The notes beneath the pieces are model-generated. The model searched no databases. It was given only the letters and a program-made list of their open reading frames with translations, and had not been told where the DNA came from. From contig JBLHNG010000003.1 in NCBI GenBank assembly GCA_047621685.1, forward strand, positions 1 through 58,029: a stretch of 58,029 nucleotides of DNA, given 5' to 3'. The translations under genes and the position numbers were made by a program. The stretch is from Myxococcota bacterium (GTDB lineage: Bacteria > Myxococcota_A > UBA796). How positions within the stretch are numbered: position 1 is the first letter of the stretch; every line of letters starts with the position of its first letter. Below are positions 25,691-38,007 of the stretch, piece after piece.

Positions 25691-26113
25691 TCAGGCCGAA
25701 GGCCGCAGCCGTGTGAGCCCAACCAGCACCCCAATCCCCACAACCCCGCCAATGTGCGGGGCGGCGGCGCTCACCGGATGGCCGGCGAGCAAGACGAGCA
25801 CCAGATCCGCCAGGGGCAGCAGCAGAATCAGCGGCAGCAGCCGACGCTGGGCGACGGGATGGGGGCGCAGCGCGAGCAGGGCGAGGCCGAGGATGAGGTC
25901 ACGGGTGCCGGTGGCCCGCACCCAGGTCGGTGCTTCAGAAGGCACCCCGTAAGTCTGAGAGGACCACTCCGGCGCAACCAGCGCCCCCGCCCCCAGACCG
26001 AGCAGGCCGATGGCCAGGGCGAGGGTGCCGAAGGAGATGAGCGTGTTGGTGGTGGAAGAGGTCACCAGAGGATCATATCGGCATTGTCGACGCAGTCGAG
26101 GATCAGGCAACAC
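25691..26113 (-). CDS. small hydrophobic membrane protein (DUF4267-like)
   Basis: Four hydrophobic segments. A shorter start at GTG 26065 is equally possible. Confidence 0.55.
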   Translation of the reverse strand: MLPDPRLRRQCRYDPLVTSSTTNTLISFGTLALAIGLLGLGAGALVAPEWSSQTYGVPSEAPTWVRATGTRDLILGLALLALRPHPVAQRRLLPLILLLPLADLVLVLLAGHPVSAAAPHIGGVVGIGVLVGLTRLRPSA

Positions 26114-26221
26114 CGCACCTGGGCGAGACCTTCCGATCAGGCCGAAAAATCAGCGACTCAATCGAGCGCTGTGTACACTGAATTCAAGTCAACATCCGGT
26201 AATTTCAATCAGGAACAGTCC

Positions 26222-28715
<2,494 letters not shown>

Positions 28716-28738
<23 letters not shown>

Positions 28739-29516
28739 CGGGGATCGCCAGCAGATCCCGGTGACCGACCCTCAGGTGCAGGCCACTGCGGGCGATCGCC
28801 GCCAGCCGATCCGCCCGCCACCGGGCCACCATCTCTGGGCGTGGGCTGACCTCCGCGCTCGCCGCAGCGATGCCTCGGATCATCTCAGCGAGCATCTCGG
28901 GGTGTCTGGGACCGATGTCCCAGTCCGCAGCGTCGGTGTAGACCGTCATCCCGCCCGCCTCCAGCAATCCGGCGATCACATCCGTCGCGGTGACGCCCGG
29001 TGAGGGGCCGAAGCCGCGGTCGGTGCGCTGGTGGGCGCGGAACCAGCGCATCACGTCGCTGTCCCCGGGGTCGGACGGGGTGGCGGTGATGCGACCGTCC
29101 ACCGACAGGGCGGCGAGCAGCGGCAGGCGCTGTGTGATGCAGCGATCCGCCAATTGCTCCAGCCAGGGGCGCGACACCAGATCGAGCAGCGCGCTGGTCA
29201 CGATGAGGTCGGCATCGAGTGGAACCGTGGCGATGTCAGCCTGGAGGTCGCACTGCTGTGTGGTGACCGTAACGCCACTTGTTACGGTTCGTTCCAGTGC
29301 TCGGGCCAGCAGGATCGGGTCGTGGTCGATGAGGGTCCAGTGCTGGGGCTTCGGCAGCCGGGGGGCGAGATAGCGGAGGCTGGAGCCCTGCCCACAGGCC
29401 AGGTCCACCACCCGGACGGGTGCCGTCAGGTGCAGGTGGTCGAGGAGCGCGAGGCTCCGGGCGGCGTGGTCGAACGGCTCTCGCAGTGACAGCCAGTCGG
29501 GGCTGAACTCACCCAT
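28716..29516 (-). CDS. SAM-dependent methyltransferase
   Basis: Trimmed to ATG 29516 (MGEFSPDW), which overlaps the upstream stop by 8 nt. Motif I VVDLACGQGSS. Confidence 0.75.
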
Positions 29517-30543
29517 GGGAAGCTCCATCGAGGATGGCGGCGAAGTCTGCAGCACAGTCCGCCCAGGATCGAATCGGCCAGGCAGACGCTGCTGCTGCGA
29601 AGGCATCTCGTTGGCTGCGATCGGTGAGCACACCGCGAATCGCCTCCGCCAGCGCGATGCTGTCACCCGGCGTTACAAGTATCCCAACACCGGATGGGAC
29701 CGTCTGTGGAACCGCGCCTGCGGTGGTGCTGATGATCGGCAAGCCCGCGCTCATGGCCTCGGTGAAGACCATCCCGTAGGTCTCATGCCAGGTCGGCAGC
29801 ACGAAGATGTCTGCGGCGGCATACTCCGCAGTGAGCAGGGCGCCATCCCGCTCACCGACCAGCGCAATGCGCTCGGTGAGCCCCGCCGCTGCGATGGCTT
29901 CGCGAGCCTGTGCGACATGGGCGGGTGCCCGGGTGAGGCTGCCGACACACCGGAGGGTCCAGGGCAGCTCCGGGATCCGGGCGAGGGCGGCGATCAGGGT
30001 GAGCAGTCCCTTTCGGGGAGTCACGGTTGCGACGCTCAGCAGCCGCCCGGTGCCTGCCCCCTGGGTTTTTGGCATGATGTCGCAGCCAGGAGTCACCTGG
30101 GAGACCTCTGGTACGCCGAACAGCGTCACGATCTCAGCCGCCGCAGTGGGGCTGGTCGCGATCACCCGGTGGACCAGGAGAAGCGCCTGTTCGGTGATCG
30201 CATAGAGCCGGGCGGCGTCTTGAGGAGCGGTCCCGCGCTCCAGGTGCGGTGGGCTGTGAAGCAGGAGACTCACGGAGCAGCGCGCACACAGCGTCAGCAG
30301 CGCATCGCTCACACCAGCCAATGCGAGGCCATCTATGATTACGTCTGTCCCAGGTTCAATATCATCCACAATTCTGCCACACCGTACAATGTCCAGGCGG
30401 CTCGGAAGCGGCCAGTCACCCGGCAGACTTACAACTCGCACTTCGCGGCCATGATCCTGAAAAGAATCAAACAACCTTGAATTGTATCGGTATCCGCCGG
30501 TGAGTTGTCCCGGATCGCCGGGGGAGAGCAGGATGGTGGTCAT
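29509..30543 (-). CDS. GT4/GT-B family glycosyltransferase
   Basis: Trimmed to ATG 30543 (ATGA overlap with the upstream stop). C-terminal E..G....EAMS.G.P pattern (HETYGMVFTEAMSAGLPIIST). Confidence 0.85.
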   Translation of the reverse strand: MTTILLSPGDPGQLTGGYRYNSRLFDSFQDHGREVRVVSLPGDWPLPSRLDIVRCGRIVDDIEPGTDVIIDGLALAGVSDALLTLCARCSVSLLLHSPPHLERGTAPQDAARLYAITEQALLLVHRVIATSPTAAAEIVTLFGVPEVSQVTPGCDIMPKTQGAGTGRLLSVATVTPRKGLLTLIAALARIPELPWTLRCVGSLTRAPAHVAQAREAIAAAGLTERIALVGERDGALLTAEYAAADIFVLPTWHETYGMVFTEAMSAGLPIISTTAGAVPQTVPSGVGILVTPGDSIALAEAIRGVLTDRSQRDAFAAAASAWPIRSWADCAADFAAILDGASHG

Positions 30544-32198
30544 GGGTGAGGCCTCACGCCCTGTGCGGTGTAGGTTGGAAGCGGCTCGCTCTCCCCACAG
30601 CACGCCGCCAGGGTGCGCACCAGCAACGAGAAGATGCCCGCATGTCTCAGGGTCGTCTTGCCAATCTCATTTGGGGTCAGGCCAGGTGAGAAGCCATGAT
30701 TACTCAGTTCCTTGAGCAGCTCCGGGTCTCGGGAGAGGATGTGAACCGGCACGTCCCGGCTGCGGGTCTCTCCCCGGGTGACCAGGGGCGGCTGGTGATC
30801 GCCCATCAGGATGATCAAGGAATCACGCTGGTCGCCCTTGAGGTGCTGACGAAGAATCTCCAGGTCATACGCCACCGCATCAAAGTACGCGCTCATTGTC
30901 AGGGCGTCTGAACCAGAGCGAACGATGTATCTCTGGTTACGGCGGTATCGCTTGAGCTGTCGGAGGGTCTCGGCGGTCAGGTCGGTGCGGTCTTCTGGCA
31001 GGGTGCCCTCCAGCATCGACAGGGCGCGCCAGTCTGTGAGAATCGGCGGCGGGGTCTCCCAGGGGATGTGGGCGCTGACCATGTGGAAGAACAGGAACAG
31101 CGGCCCGCCCTCCAGCAGTCGCTCCTCGACCACGCCGAGGCTGTGCTGGTCTGGGATCCACCCCCAGCCCAGGGCCGGACCGGTGTAGTCCAGGTCGATG
31201 AACGACAGGGGCTGCTGGAAGTGGAAGTCGTTGGTCAGCTCGATGCCGGGTCGGGCGCGGTCCTTGGGGGCCAGCCGCACGGTGCGGTAGCCCTGGGTGT
31301 CGAAGAAGTCGACCATGTCTGGTTGCTCTTCCACCCTCAGCAGCAGGTGGCGGTAGAGCGACTCATAGGCGATCGGCATGCCCATCAGCACGCTGCCGTC
31401 TGCCAGCCAGGAGCGCCCGCCGCTGACCGGGGCCTGGCTGTAGGCGCTCACGCTGTGCCAGCCATCAGCACTCAGGTCTGCCTCAATCTCCGCCAATAAC
31501 GCCTTCCATCTCGGGGCCGTCTGCTCATCGGAGGCGAGAATGCGCCCGTAGCTCTCGATGATGTAGAAGCGAACGTCCGGCCTGCGCTCCAGGGTGACGG
31601 CAGAGAATGCCTGGTAGGGGGAGTCCTCGGGGGCTGCGCGCACTCCCCGCCAGATCCGCACCGACTTCTCCAGGTTGGCCGCGATCTCCACGCTGATCCA
31701 GCGCACCGGCCCGGTCCGCTTCGGCAGCACCGTGCTCAGCATCGTGCCGACAACCAGCACCGCGAGGCCGACCGGCAGCACTCGGGGTGGGAGACTCGGG
31801 AGTCCGTCTGCCAGCGCCTTGACCGCCCGCCGAAGCATCACCGCCAGCAGGCTCCCCGCAGCCACCAGCGCGACCGCTGCGGCCGTCCACCACACCGTCC
31901 AGAGGTCGGAGAGCAGGACGAGGAAGTGCCGCATCAGGAAGACCTGATCGTAGAACAGCGGATCGTGGGACATCAGGTAGACCCCGACCAGTCGGTCGAT
32001 CTCCACCAGCATCAGCCCGGCGAGGCCGAACAGCAATGCCCGCCCTCCCCACTTCGGCCAGCACATGCACAGCCCGGCGAGCACCGCCAGCTCTCCGACG
32101 ATGACCAGGGTGAGGTACGGCTCCATGCCGCGGTGCAGCGACCAGGGAATCTGGAGCACGATGTTGAGGACAACCAGCAGCAGAATGGTGCGTTTCAT
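30540..32198 (-). CDS. membrane-anchored sulfatase/LtaS-like (alkaline-phosphatase superfamily) protein
   Basis: Trimmed to ATG 32198 (ATGA overlap). Five N-terminal TM segments, then FYIIESYG...FFHMVSAHIPW...LIILMGDHQP. Confidence 0.75.
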   Translation of the reverse strand: MKRTILLLVVLNIVLQIPWSLHRGMEPYLTLVIVGELAVLAGLCMCWPKWGGRALLFGLAGLMLVEIDRLVGVYLMSHDPLFYDQVFLMRHFLVLLSDLWTVWWTAAAVALVAAGSLLAVMLRRAVKALADGLPSLPPRVLPVGLAVLVVGTMLSTVLPKRTGPVRWISVEIAANLEKSVRIWRGVRAAPEDSPYQAFSAVTLERRPDVRFYIIESYGRILASDEQTAPRWKALLAEIEADLSADGWHSVSAYSQAPVSGGRSWLADGSVLMGMPIAYESLYRHLLLRVEEQPDMVDFFDTQGYRTVRLAPKDRARPGIELTNDFHFQQPLSFIDLDYTGPALGWGWIPDQHSLGVVEERLLEGGPLFLFFHMVSAHIPWETPPPILTDWRALSMLEGTLPEDRTDLTAETLRQLKRYRRNQRYIVRSGSDALTMSAYFDAVAYDLEILRQHLKGDQRDSLIILMGDHQPPLVTRGETRSRDVPVHILSRDPELLKELSNHGFSPGLTPNEIGKTTLRHAGIFSLLVRTLAACCGESEPLPTYTAQGVRPHP

Positions 32199-33109
32199 GT
32201 CGAGCGCTCCCAGGCCGCCACCGGGCGCAGCAGCACGACCGCCCCGGGCAGCGCGCCGATGAGTGTGGACAGTCCATAGAGCCCGGCCACCGCCAGCGCC
32301 CCCTCGCCCGACCACCCCAGCATCGGCAGCAGGGCCACCGCGGCGGTCTCTCGAAGCCCCCAGCCGCCCACCGAGATCGGCAGCGACATCGCGAGCAGGA
32401 TGAGCGGAAACACCGTGAACACCACAGCGCCGACCGGTGCCGACAAGGCCACCGCGCACAGGGCGAGCCCGGCGATGTAGCTGCCGACGATGGCCGATGA
32501 CAGCAGGAAGTGCGGCAGCACCATCCCTCGCAGCGCCCGGCGGATCTGAGCACTCAGCGGAGTCGGCGCGGCGACAATCCCCGCCAGCACGACCGCCAGC
32601 ACCGCGACGACCGGCAGCACCCCACCCGGTCGCGCCAGCCCCGGGAGCAGCACCGGCCAGGCGACAAGCCCGCCCAGCGTGATGGCGATGAGGATGGATT
32701 GACCGATCCCCCGCTCGATGAGGGTCGCCTGGATCGCGATCTTCCCGGGAACCTCCAGCTTGCGGTGGGTCCGCCAGGTCCGCAGGACATCGCCGCCCAC
32801 CCCGCCGGGCAGGACGAGGTTGAGCAGGGTGGACAGGGCGTACTCCGCCACCGCTGTCCGACCGGGGAGGGGCGCGTCCAGCTTCTCCGACACCATGCGC
32901 CACCGGACCGCAGACAGCGTGACCTGCACCGGCCCCAGCGCGACCGCCAGGAGGAACGGCCCCGGGCGGACCTCACGGATGCGTGCAGCCGCTCCGGCGA
33001 GGTCCACCTGACTGGCAACCCCTGCCAGCAGCCCGACGCTGACCAGCGCCGTCAGCAGCCCGCGAACCTCATGCCGCAATCGGTCCGCCGAACGAGGCCC
33101 AGGCCACAT
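32195..33109 (-). CDS. UPF0104 / lysyl-PG-synthase-TM-like (flippase-like) membrane protein
   Basis: Pattern LLAVALGPVQVTLSAVRW...LSTLLNLVLPGGVGGDVLR plus about 8 TM segments. The start may be the TTG at 33079. Confidence 0.75.
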   Translation of the reverse strand: MWPGPRSADRLRHEVRGLLTALVSVGLLAGVASQVDLAGAAARIREVRPGPFLLAVALGPVQVTLSAVRWRMVSEKLDAPLPGRTAVAEYALSTLLNLVLPGGVGGDVLRTWRTHRKLEVPGKIAIQATLIERGIGQSILIAITLGGLVAWPVLLPGLARPGGVLPVVAVLAVVLAGIVAAPTPLSAQIRRALRGMVLPHFLLSSAIVGSYIAGLALCAVALSAPVGAVVFTVFPLILLAMSLPISVGGWGLRETAAVALLPMLGWSGEGALAVAGLYGLSTLIGALPGAVVLLRPVAAWERST

Positions 33110-33473
33110 GCGACTCGTGCAGGGTGACCTTCAGCTCATCGAGGGTCCGCCCGCTCTCTCCGAGTGCTCCTGCCAGGATGCGCTCCTTGAGGACGGTGTA
33201 GAGGTGGTGGGCGAGGAACTCGGTGGTGGTGTTCTTGCCGGTGAACTGCGGCAGCTCGTCGAGGTTCTGGAACGACATCGGCGCGAGGATTTCCTTCGCC
33301 AGCTCTCCGGCGATGCCGATGTCCACGACCAGTCCGTCTGAGTCGAGGACCTTCCGGGCGAACTCCACATCGACGATGTAGGTCGCGCCATGGAGGCGCT
33401 GTGCGGGGCCGAAGATGGCTCCATGGAAGCTGTGGGCAATCATCACGTGCTCGCGAACGCCAAGTCGGTACAT
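33069..33473 (-). CDS. 6-pyruvoyl-tetrahydropterin synthase-like (PTPS/QueD family) protein
   Basis: Trimmed to ATG 33473. VREHVMIAHSFHGAIFGPAQRLHGATYIVDVEF matches the PTPS-related pattern. Confidence 0.75.
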   Translation of the reverse strand: MYRLGVREHVMIAHSFHGAIFGPAQRLHGATYIVDVEFARKVLDSDGLVVDIGIAGELAKEILAPMSFQNLDELPQFTGKNTTTEFLAHHLYTVLKERILAGALGESGRTLDELKVTLHESHVAWASFGGPIAA

Positions 33474-33534
33474 CTGTAGGCTCCTTTGTGGGTGGCCTGG
33501 GTATTCTGGTGAGTGGGTAAGCGGGAGTGTCTGC

Positions 33535-34494
33535 TCACGGTCGTGGGTAGACCACCCGATGACACAGCGCACCGCCGAGGTCAGACATCGTCTGAGGCAG
33601 TGCCTCGAATGCCCCCTCCGCGTTGATCAGCACATCGAGCACCGGGGCCGTAAGCAGGCGCATCACCACCCCCATGCGCCTCTGAAAGTCCCACCGGGGC
33701 GCACGACCCGGTGGAATGCGACCGACCTGACTGCCGCGAATCTGGAGCCTTCGGGGATGGAACGCGCCGCCCAGCGGCAGGCTCACCTCACGGTCGCCGT
33801 ACCAGCTCAGCTCGATGATCGTGGCCTCGACCCCGGCAAGACCCAGCGCGGTACGCAGCCCGGCAGGAGCGCCGCTCGCGTGGAGGATGAGGTCCTGCTC
33901 GCCGCGCGCCTCGTCGGGCAGAGAGAACGCCATGCCCAGCGCGGCGGCGATCTCTGCGCGTTTTGGGTCGATGTCGACGAGCTGCACCCGACAGCCGGGG
34001 ATGCCCGCCGCGAGCCAGCCCGACAGGCAGCCGACCACCCCGCCGCCGATCACCGTGATGTCATCGCCGGGGCCAGGGGCGGCGTCCCAGATGCCGTTGA
34101 GCGCGGTCTCCAGGTTGGCGGCCAGCACTGCGCGGCCCGGGGGGACGCCGTCGGGGATCGGGGTGGTCATGGCGGAGGGCACCACGTAGCGATCCTGGTG
34201 GGGGTGCAGGCAGAACACCGCCTGACCGATCGGGCCGTCTCCAGCCACGATCCGGCCGACGCTCATGTAGCCGTACTTCACCGGCCCGGGGAGGTCGCCG
34301 ACCTGGAACGGACAGCGCATCGTCTCGGCCAGCTCCAACGGCACCCCGCCTCGGAAGACCAGCGACTCGGTTCCCCGGCTGATGCCGCTGTAGTCGGCCT
34401 CGATGAGGACCTCGCCGGGGCCAGGCGGGGGCAGGTCGTGGCTGCGAATCGCGCCCAGCCCGGGGGACTCCACCCAGAACGATCGCGCCCTCAC
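33535..34494 (-). CDS. zinc-type / medium-chain dehydrogenase-reductase (MDR) family
   Basis: GEVLIEADYSGISRGTE and the Rossmann motif VIGGGVVG. The GTG start overlaps the upstream stop (GTGA). Confidence 0.8.
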   Translation of the reverse strand: MRARSFWVESPGLGAIRSHDLPPPGPGEVLIEADYSGISRGTESLVFRGGVPLELAETMRCPFQVGDLPGPVKYGYMSVGRIVAGDGPIGQAVFCLHPHQDRYVVPSAMTTPIPDGVPPGRAVLAANLETALNGIWDAAPGPGDDITVIGGGVVGCLSGWLAAGIPGCRVQLVDIDPKRAEIAAALGMAFSLPDEARGEQDLILHASGAPAGLRTALGLAGVEATIIELSWYGDREVSLPLGGAFHPRRLQIRGSQVGRIPPGRAPRWDFQRRMGVVMRLLTAPVLDVLINAEGAFEALPQTMSDLGGALCHRVVYPRP

Positions 34495-35333
34495 TGAGCA
34501 GCCTCATCGAACGAGAGGTCCTCTTCGGAGAAGTCACAGTCAAACAGGGTGTCCACTCCCAGCCGCTCCACTCGAACCGCCGGACGCCGCGCGCCGCTCA
34601 GCGAGGTGATCGCCGACAGCCGGATCCCCGGACGGCCCGAGCCCAGCAGGAGCGGGGCGGTGACGAGGTGGAGCCGGTCGAGGAGGTTGGCCTGGAGGAA
34701 GTGCGAGACTGTGACCCCGCCACCCTCGATCAGCAGCCGACGGACCCCGCGCGCGTGCAGCTCCGCCAGGATGGTCTCTGGTGCGATCCAGCCATTGGTT
34801 GTGGGCAGCCCGACCACCTCTGCGCAACCAACGGGCGCCCCGGCCAGCTCCTCCGTGCAGAGCAGGAGTGTGGGGGCAACATCCTCGCGGAGGATCTGGC
34901 TCTGTGTGGTGAGGCGGCGGCGGGGATCGAGCACCACCCGGAGGGGATGGGGGCCAGGCACCCGCCGAACGGTCAGCCGGGGGTCATCCACCGACGCCGT
35001 GCTGGCCCCGACGAGCACGGCGTCGGCCATGGCCCGAAGCCGGTGGGTGTGGTCGAGGTCCTCGGGGCCGGTCAGCCACTGGGAGCAGCCGCAGTCCAGG
35101 GCAATGCGGCCATCGAGGCTCTGGGCGAGGTGGGCAAAGACGAGGGGGCGCCCCGTGGGGAGGGGCAGCAGCGGGGCGAAGCGAGCATGGAGTGCGACAG
35201 CCTCGGGATCGTCGGTGGGGGGCTCGACCACGGTCTGCGCACCGGCAGCAGCGGCGAGGAGTGCCTGCCAGATGGTCTGGACGGGCTGGGTGGCAGTGGC
35301 GAGCGGAGCCTTCACGACGGTAGAGTGGCGCAT
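34491..35333 (-). CDS. RibD C-terminal domain (DHFR-like reductase) protein
   Basis: SLDGRIA...LRAMADAVLVGASTASVDDPRLTVR...LLIEGGGVTVSHFL...LHLVTAPLLLGSG. Start taken at ATG 35333. Confidence 0.8.
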   Translation of the reverse strand: MRHSTVVKAPLATATQPVQTIWQALLAAAAGAQTVVEPPTDDPEAVALHARFAPLLPLPTGRPLVFAHLAQSLDGRIALDCGCSQWLTGPEDLDHTHRLRAMADAVLVGASTASVDDPRLTVRRVPGPHPLRVVLDPRRRLTTQSQILREDVAPTLLLCTEELAGAPVGCAEVVGLPTTNGWIAPETILAELHARGVRRLLIEGGGVTVSHFLQANLLDRLHLVTAPLLLGSGRPGIRLSAITSLSGARRPAVRVERLGVDTLFDCDFSEEDLSFDEAAQ

Positions 35334-35373
35334 AAACCAGACCTCCCGCAACCCCCGCCTCATCTACCGCGCT

Positions 35374-36048
35374 GTGGCCGCCCTCATCCTGGCGGCGCTG
35401 GCAGCCGGGGCGCTGTCGTGGGGACTGGCCGGAGTCCTGTCGCTGTCTGGCAGCGCGCCCCTCAAGGCCGTCGGTCTCCTACTTGCCCTCGCCATTCTCG
35501 CTGGCCCGGCACTCTCAAGTCATCACCGGGATCGGCTGGGACCGGCCAACGCCGTCACCCTCGTGAGGGGAGTGCTCGTGGGGCTGATCGCCATGTTCAT
35601 CGGTGAGAATGCGGCCCCCTGGCTCATCCTCATCGCTCCCCTCGCCGCGCTGGCCCTGGCGATGGACGGACTCGATGGCTTCGTCGCCCGACGCACCGGC
35701 TGGGCCAGCGACTTCGGCGCACGGCTCGACATGGAGCTGGATGCGCTGCTGACGATGGTGCTGTGTGTGCTGGTCTGGCAGACCGGTCGGGCTGGGGTGT
35801 GGGTGCTGGCCAGCGGCCTGATGCGCTACGCCTTCGTCGCCGTTGCGGTCTTCGCCCCCTGGCTCTCCGCCCCTCTGCCGCCGAGATACCGGCGCAAGGT
35901 GGTCTGCGTGATCCAGATCGGATCCCTGGTGCTCTGCCTGCTGCCTGGGCTCTCCCCGGCCCTCACCGCTCCACTCGCCGCCGCCGGGCTCATCGCGCTG
36001 ACCGGCTCGTTTGCAGTGGACATCGCCCTGCTCTGGCGGCAACGATGA
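35374..36048 (+). CDS. CDP-alcohol phosphatidyltransferase family protein
   Basis: Signature DGLDGFVARRTGWASDFGARLDMELD (D..DG..AR...G...D...D). Start set at GTG 35374. The listed 499-aa ORF is mostly antisense shadow of the RibD_C gene. Confidence 0.8.
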   Translation: MAALILAALAAGALSWGLAGVLSLSGSAPLKAVGLLLALAILAGPALSSHHRDRLGPANAVTLVRGVLVGLIAMFIGENAAPWLILIAPLAALALAMDGLDGFVARRTGWASDFGARLDMELDALLTMVLCVLVWQTGRAGVWVLASGLMRYAFVAVAVFAPWLSAPLPPRYRRKVVCVIQIGSLVLCLLPGLSPALTAPLAAAGLIALTGSFAVDIALLWRQR

Positions 36049-37517
36049 TTCTCCTGGTCCTGGCCTGCAACCACCAGCCTCCGCTGTCTCGCACCGATGC
36101 ACCAGACGTGGTGATCCTCACCGTGGACACCCTCCGTCACGACCGCCTCGGGGCCACCGGCCACCCCACCGCGCACACGCCCAACATCGACGCCCTCGCC
36201 GCCCGGGGGGTCACCTTCACCCAGGCCACCACCCCGTTCCCCCGGACCACCCCGGCACTGGCCAGCATGCTCACCGGGCTGCTGCCCCACCGCCATGGCT
36301 CCCGGGAGGTCGGCCAGCCGATGACCGCCGACCGCTCCATCGCCGCGCTGCTCACGGAGCGGGGCTACACCGCACTGGGCCTGTCTGCCACTCGGGTCGC
36401 CGGACCAGAGCAGGGGTTAGACGTTGGCTTCAAGAGACTTGAGGTCCACCATGATGCCCGGGGGAGTGACCTGTCCGCCGCTGCGCTGAGCCTCATCGAC
36501 GCGCAGGCCGACCCGGATCGCCCGCTGCTGCTGTGGGTCCACTATGCCGATCCGCACTTCCCCTACCTGCCCCCCGATGCCGTGGAATCCCCCTGCCAGA
36601 AGCTCGGGGAGAAGGCCGCATCCGGGAAGCTGAAGCGGGTCGACCTGTTTACGGACCACGACGGCATCGCATCAGCCGCCCTGCCCTCCTGCTCGATGCT
36701 GTACGACGGTGAGATCACCGCTACGGACGCCGGGATCGGGGCGCTGCTTTCGGGGCTCACTGAGCGGGGACGGGATGGTGGGCTGGTCATCCTCTCTTCA
36801 GACCACGGGGAGCACTTCGGCGAGGACGGCATCTTCTACGAGCACGGTCCCAGCCTCCACGATGCCGCGCTGCGCATCCCGCTGATCGTCGCTGGTCCCG
36901 GGGTTATCGCCCACACCGACGATGGGGTCGCTCGGCTGGAGGATGTCGCCCCGACGGTGCTCGCAGCGGGCGGAGTGGCAGAGTCGCTGTGGCCGACAAT
37001 GGACGGTGCTGCCCTCACTGACCGACTCGCAGGCGCACTGCCAGACCCAGACGCCGTCGCTGTGTCCGAGAGCGGCAGCGCGCTGCATGTGCGCTTCTTC
37101 AGCCAGCTTCGCTCCGGGCAGGCCGATCGTCGAAGCTGCCTCAACGACCCGCCCTACTCCCTCTGCGCCCGCCCCGATGAGGCTCCCGCCCTCTACAACC
37201 ACATCGACGATCGACTCCTCAAGTCCCCGCTGACCGACCCCGCCACCCACGCCCGGCTCACTCAAGCCGCCGCCCACTGGCCCCCCGAGCAGGCCCGCCA
37301 CCGCGCCGCCCGAACCGCCACCCACAAGCGCACCGAGTCCCCTCGCCTTGTTGGTGGTTACAGCGCGATCCTCACGACGCATGATGGGGTGGCTGTGGTG
37401 GATCCGACGATCAGCAGCCGGCTCGCTTCGGCGCTGAGTCCGCTGCCGGCAGTGGAGTCGGGGGAGCGAACGATGGAGGATGAGGAAGCACTGCGGGCGC
37501 TGGGGTACATCGAATAG
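36045..37517 (+). CDS. sulfatase-family (alkaline-phosphatase superfamily) lipoprotein
   Basis: ATG 36045 overlaps the upstream stop (ATGA). Lipobox MILLVLAC. VVILTVDTLRHD...TTPALASMLTG...SDHGEHFGE. The usual C/S of the CxPxR motif is Thr here. Confidence 0.85.
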   Translation: MILLVLACNHQPPLSRTDAPDVVILTVDTLRHDRLGATGHPTAHTPNIDALAARGVTFTQATTPFPRTTPALASMLTGLLPHRHGSREVGQPMTADRSIAALLTERGYTALGLSATRVAGPEQGLDVGFKRLEVHHDARGSDLSAAALSLIDAQADPDRPLLLWVHYADPHFPYLPPDAVESPCQKLGEKAASGKLKRVDLFTDHDGIASAALPSCSMLYDGEITATDAGIGALLSGLTERGRDGGLVILSSDHGEHFGEDGIFYEHGPSLHDAALRIPLIVAGPGVIAHTDDGVARLEDVAPTVLAAGGVAESLWPTMDGAALTDRLAGALPDPDAVAVSESGSALHVRFFSQLRSGQADRRSCLNDPPYSLCARPDEAPALYNHIDDRLLKSPLTDPATHARLTQAAAHWPPEQARHRAARTATHKRTESPRLVGGYSAILTTHDGVAVVDPTISSRLASALSPLPAVESGERTMEDEEALRALGYIE

Positions 37518-37673
37518 GCGGGTGGGTTGGATTAAGGCTTAAAGTTGTGTTGAAAGCATGACTTTTCCCGACGCCTTGAGAGTGGCCTTAATTCTGTCGC
37601 GATCGGCTCGAAAAGTCCGTCAGGAGCAGTGCCCCCGCTCCCTCCGATGGAGCACTCATGCTGTCTATGGAGG

Positions 37674-37720
37674 CACCAGTCACCGGGCCGGACAGTATCC
37701 GGCCCGACTGGTGCGTTTTT
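37674..37720 (+). terminator. intrinsic-terminator-like hairpin plus T5
   Basis: CACCAGTC-acc-GGGCCGG acagtat CCGGCCC-GACTGGTG followed by cgTTTTT. It lies 157 nt downstream of the 37517 stop. Confidence 0.5.
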
Positions 37721-37800
37721 GTCTGAGACGGGGTTTTCACCCCCAAGCCCCCCGCTACGCGCTGACATCCTCTCACACAGACTGTCCGTCAGAAGGGGGC
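37690..37800 (+). repeat. family C repeat, left copy
   Basis: ggacagtatcc...gtctgagacggggttttcaccccc...ccgctacgcgctgacatcctctcacacagactgtccgtcagaagggggc. The reverse complement of 38461-38570 matches with few mismatches. Confidence 0.85.
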
Positions 37801-38007
37801 CCTGCTCGTCTGGTCCCTCCCCCACGCCGTCTGGCAGCCCGTGCTGAAGCCCACCCAGCCCGACGAGATGAACACTGGCCGAGAGGCCCTCCAGCTGATC
37901 GCCCTGCTCAACGTAGAGACTGGCGTAAAAGTCCGGGCCGGAGGGCTGATGCACATCGCTTACGGAGAGTAGGATTCAAGGCACACCCGTTGGGCTAAAC
38001 AACAACC

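Noticed and set aside
30540-32903. Long N-terminal extensions in listed ORFs (30540..32903, 25754..28738, 34549..36048, 35763..37517, 16960..18294, 18122..18997, 4182..5063, 38597..40987, 41650..42462, 49820..50512)
   Set aside because: The extensions overlap the neighbouring gene and are Arg/Pro/Gly-rich. Internal starts give a signal peptide, a lipobox or a 4-nt overlap with the upstream stop, so I trimmed them.
37532-37998. ORFs 37532..37954 (-) and 37558..37998 (+) in the gap between the sulfatase gene and 38008
   Set aside because: They run through the family C repeat and the terminator hairpin. The repeat translates to the same peptide at its other copy (RADILSHRLSVRRG), which shows that the frames are incidental.
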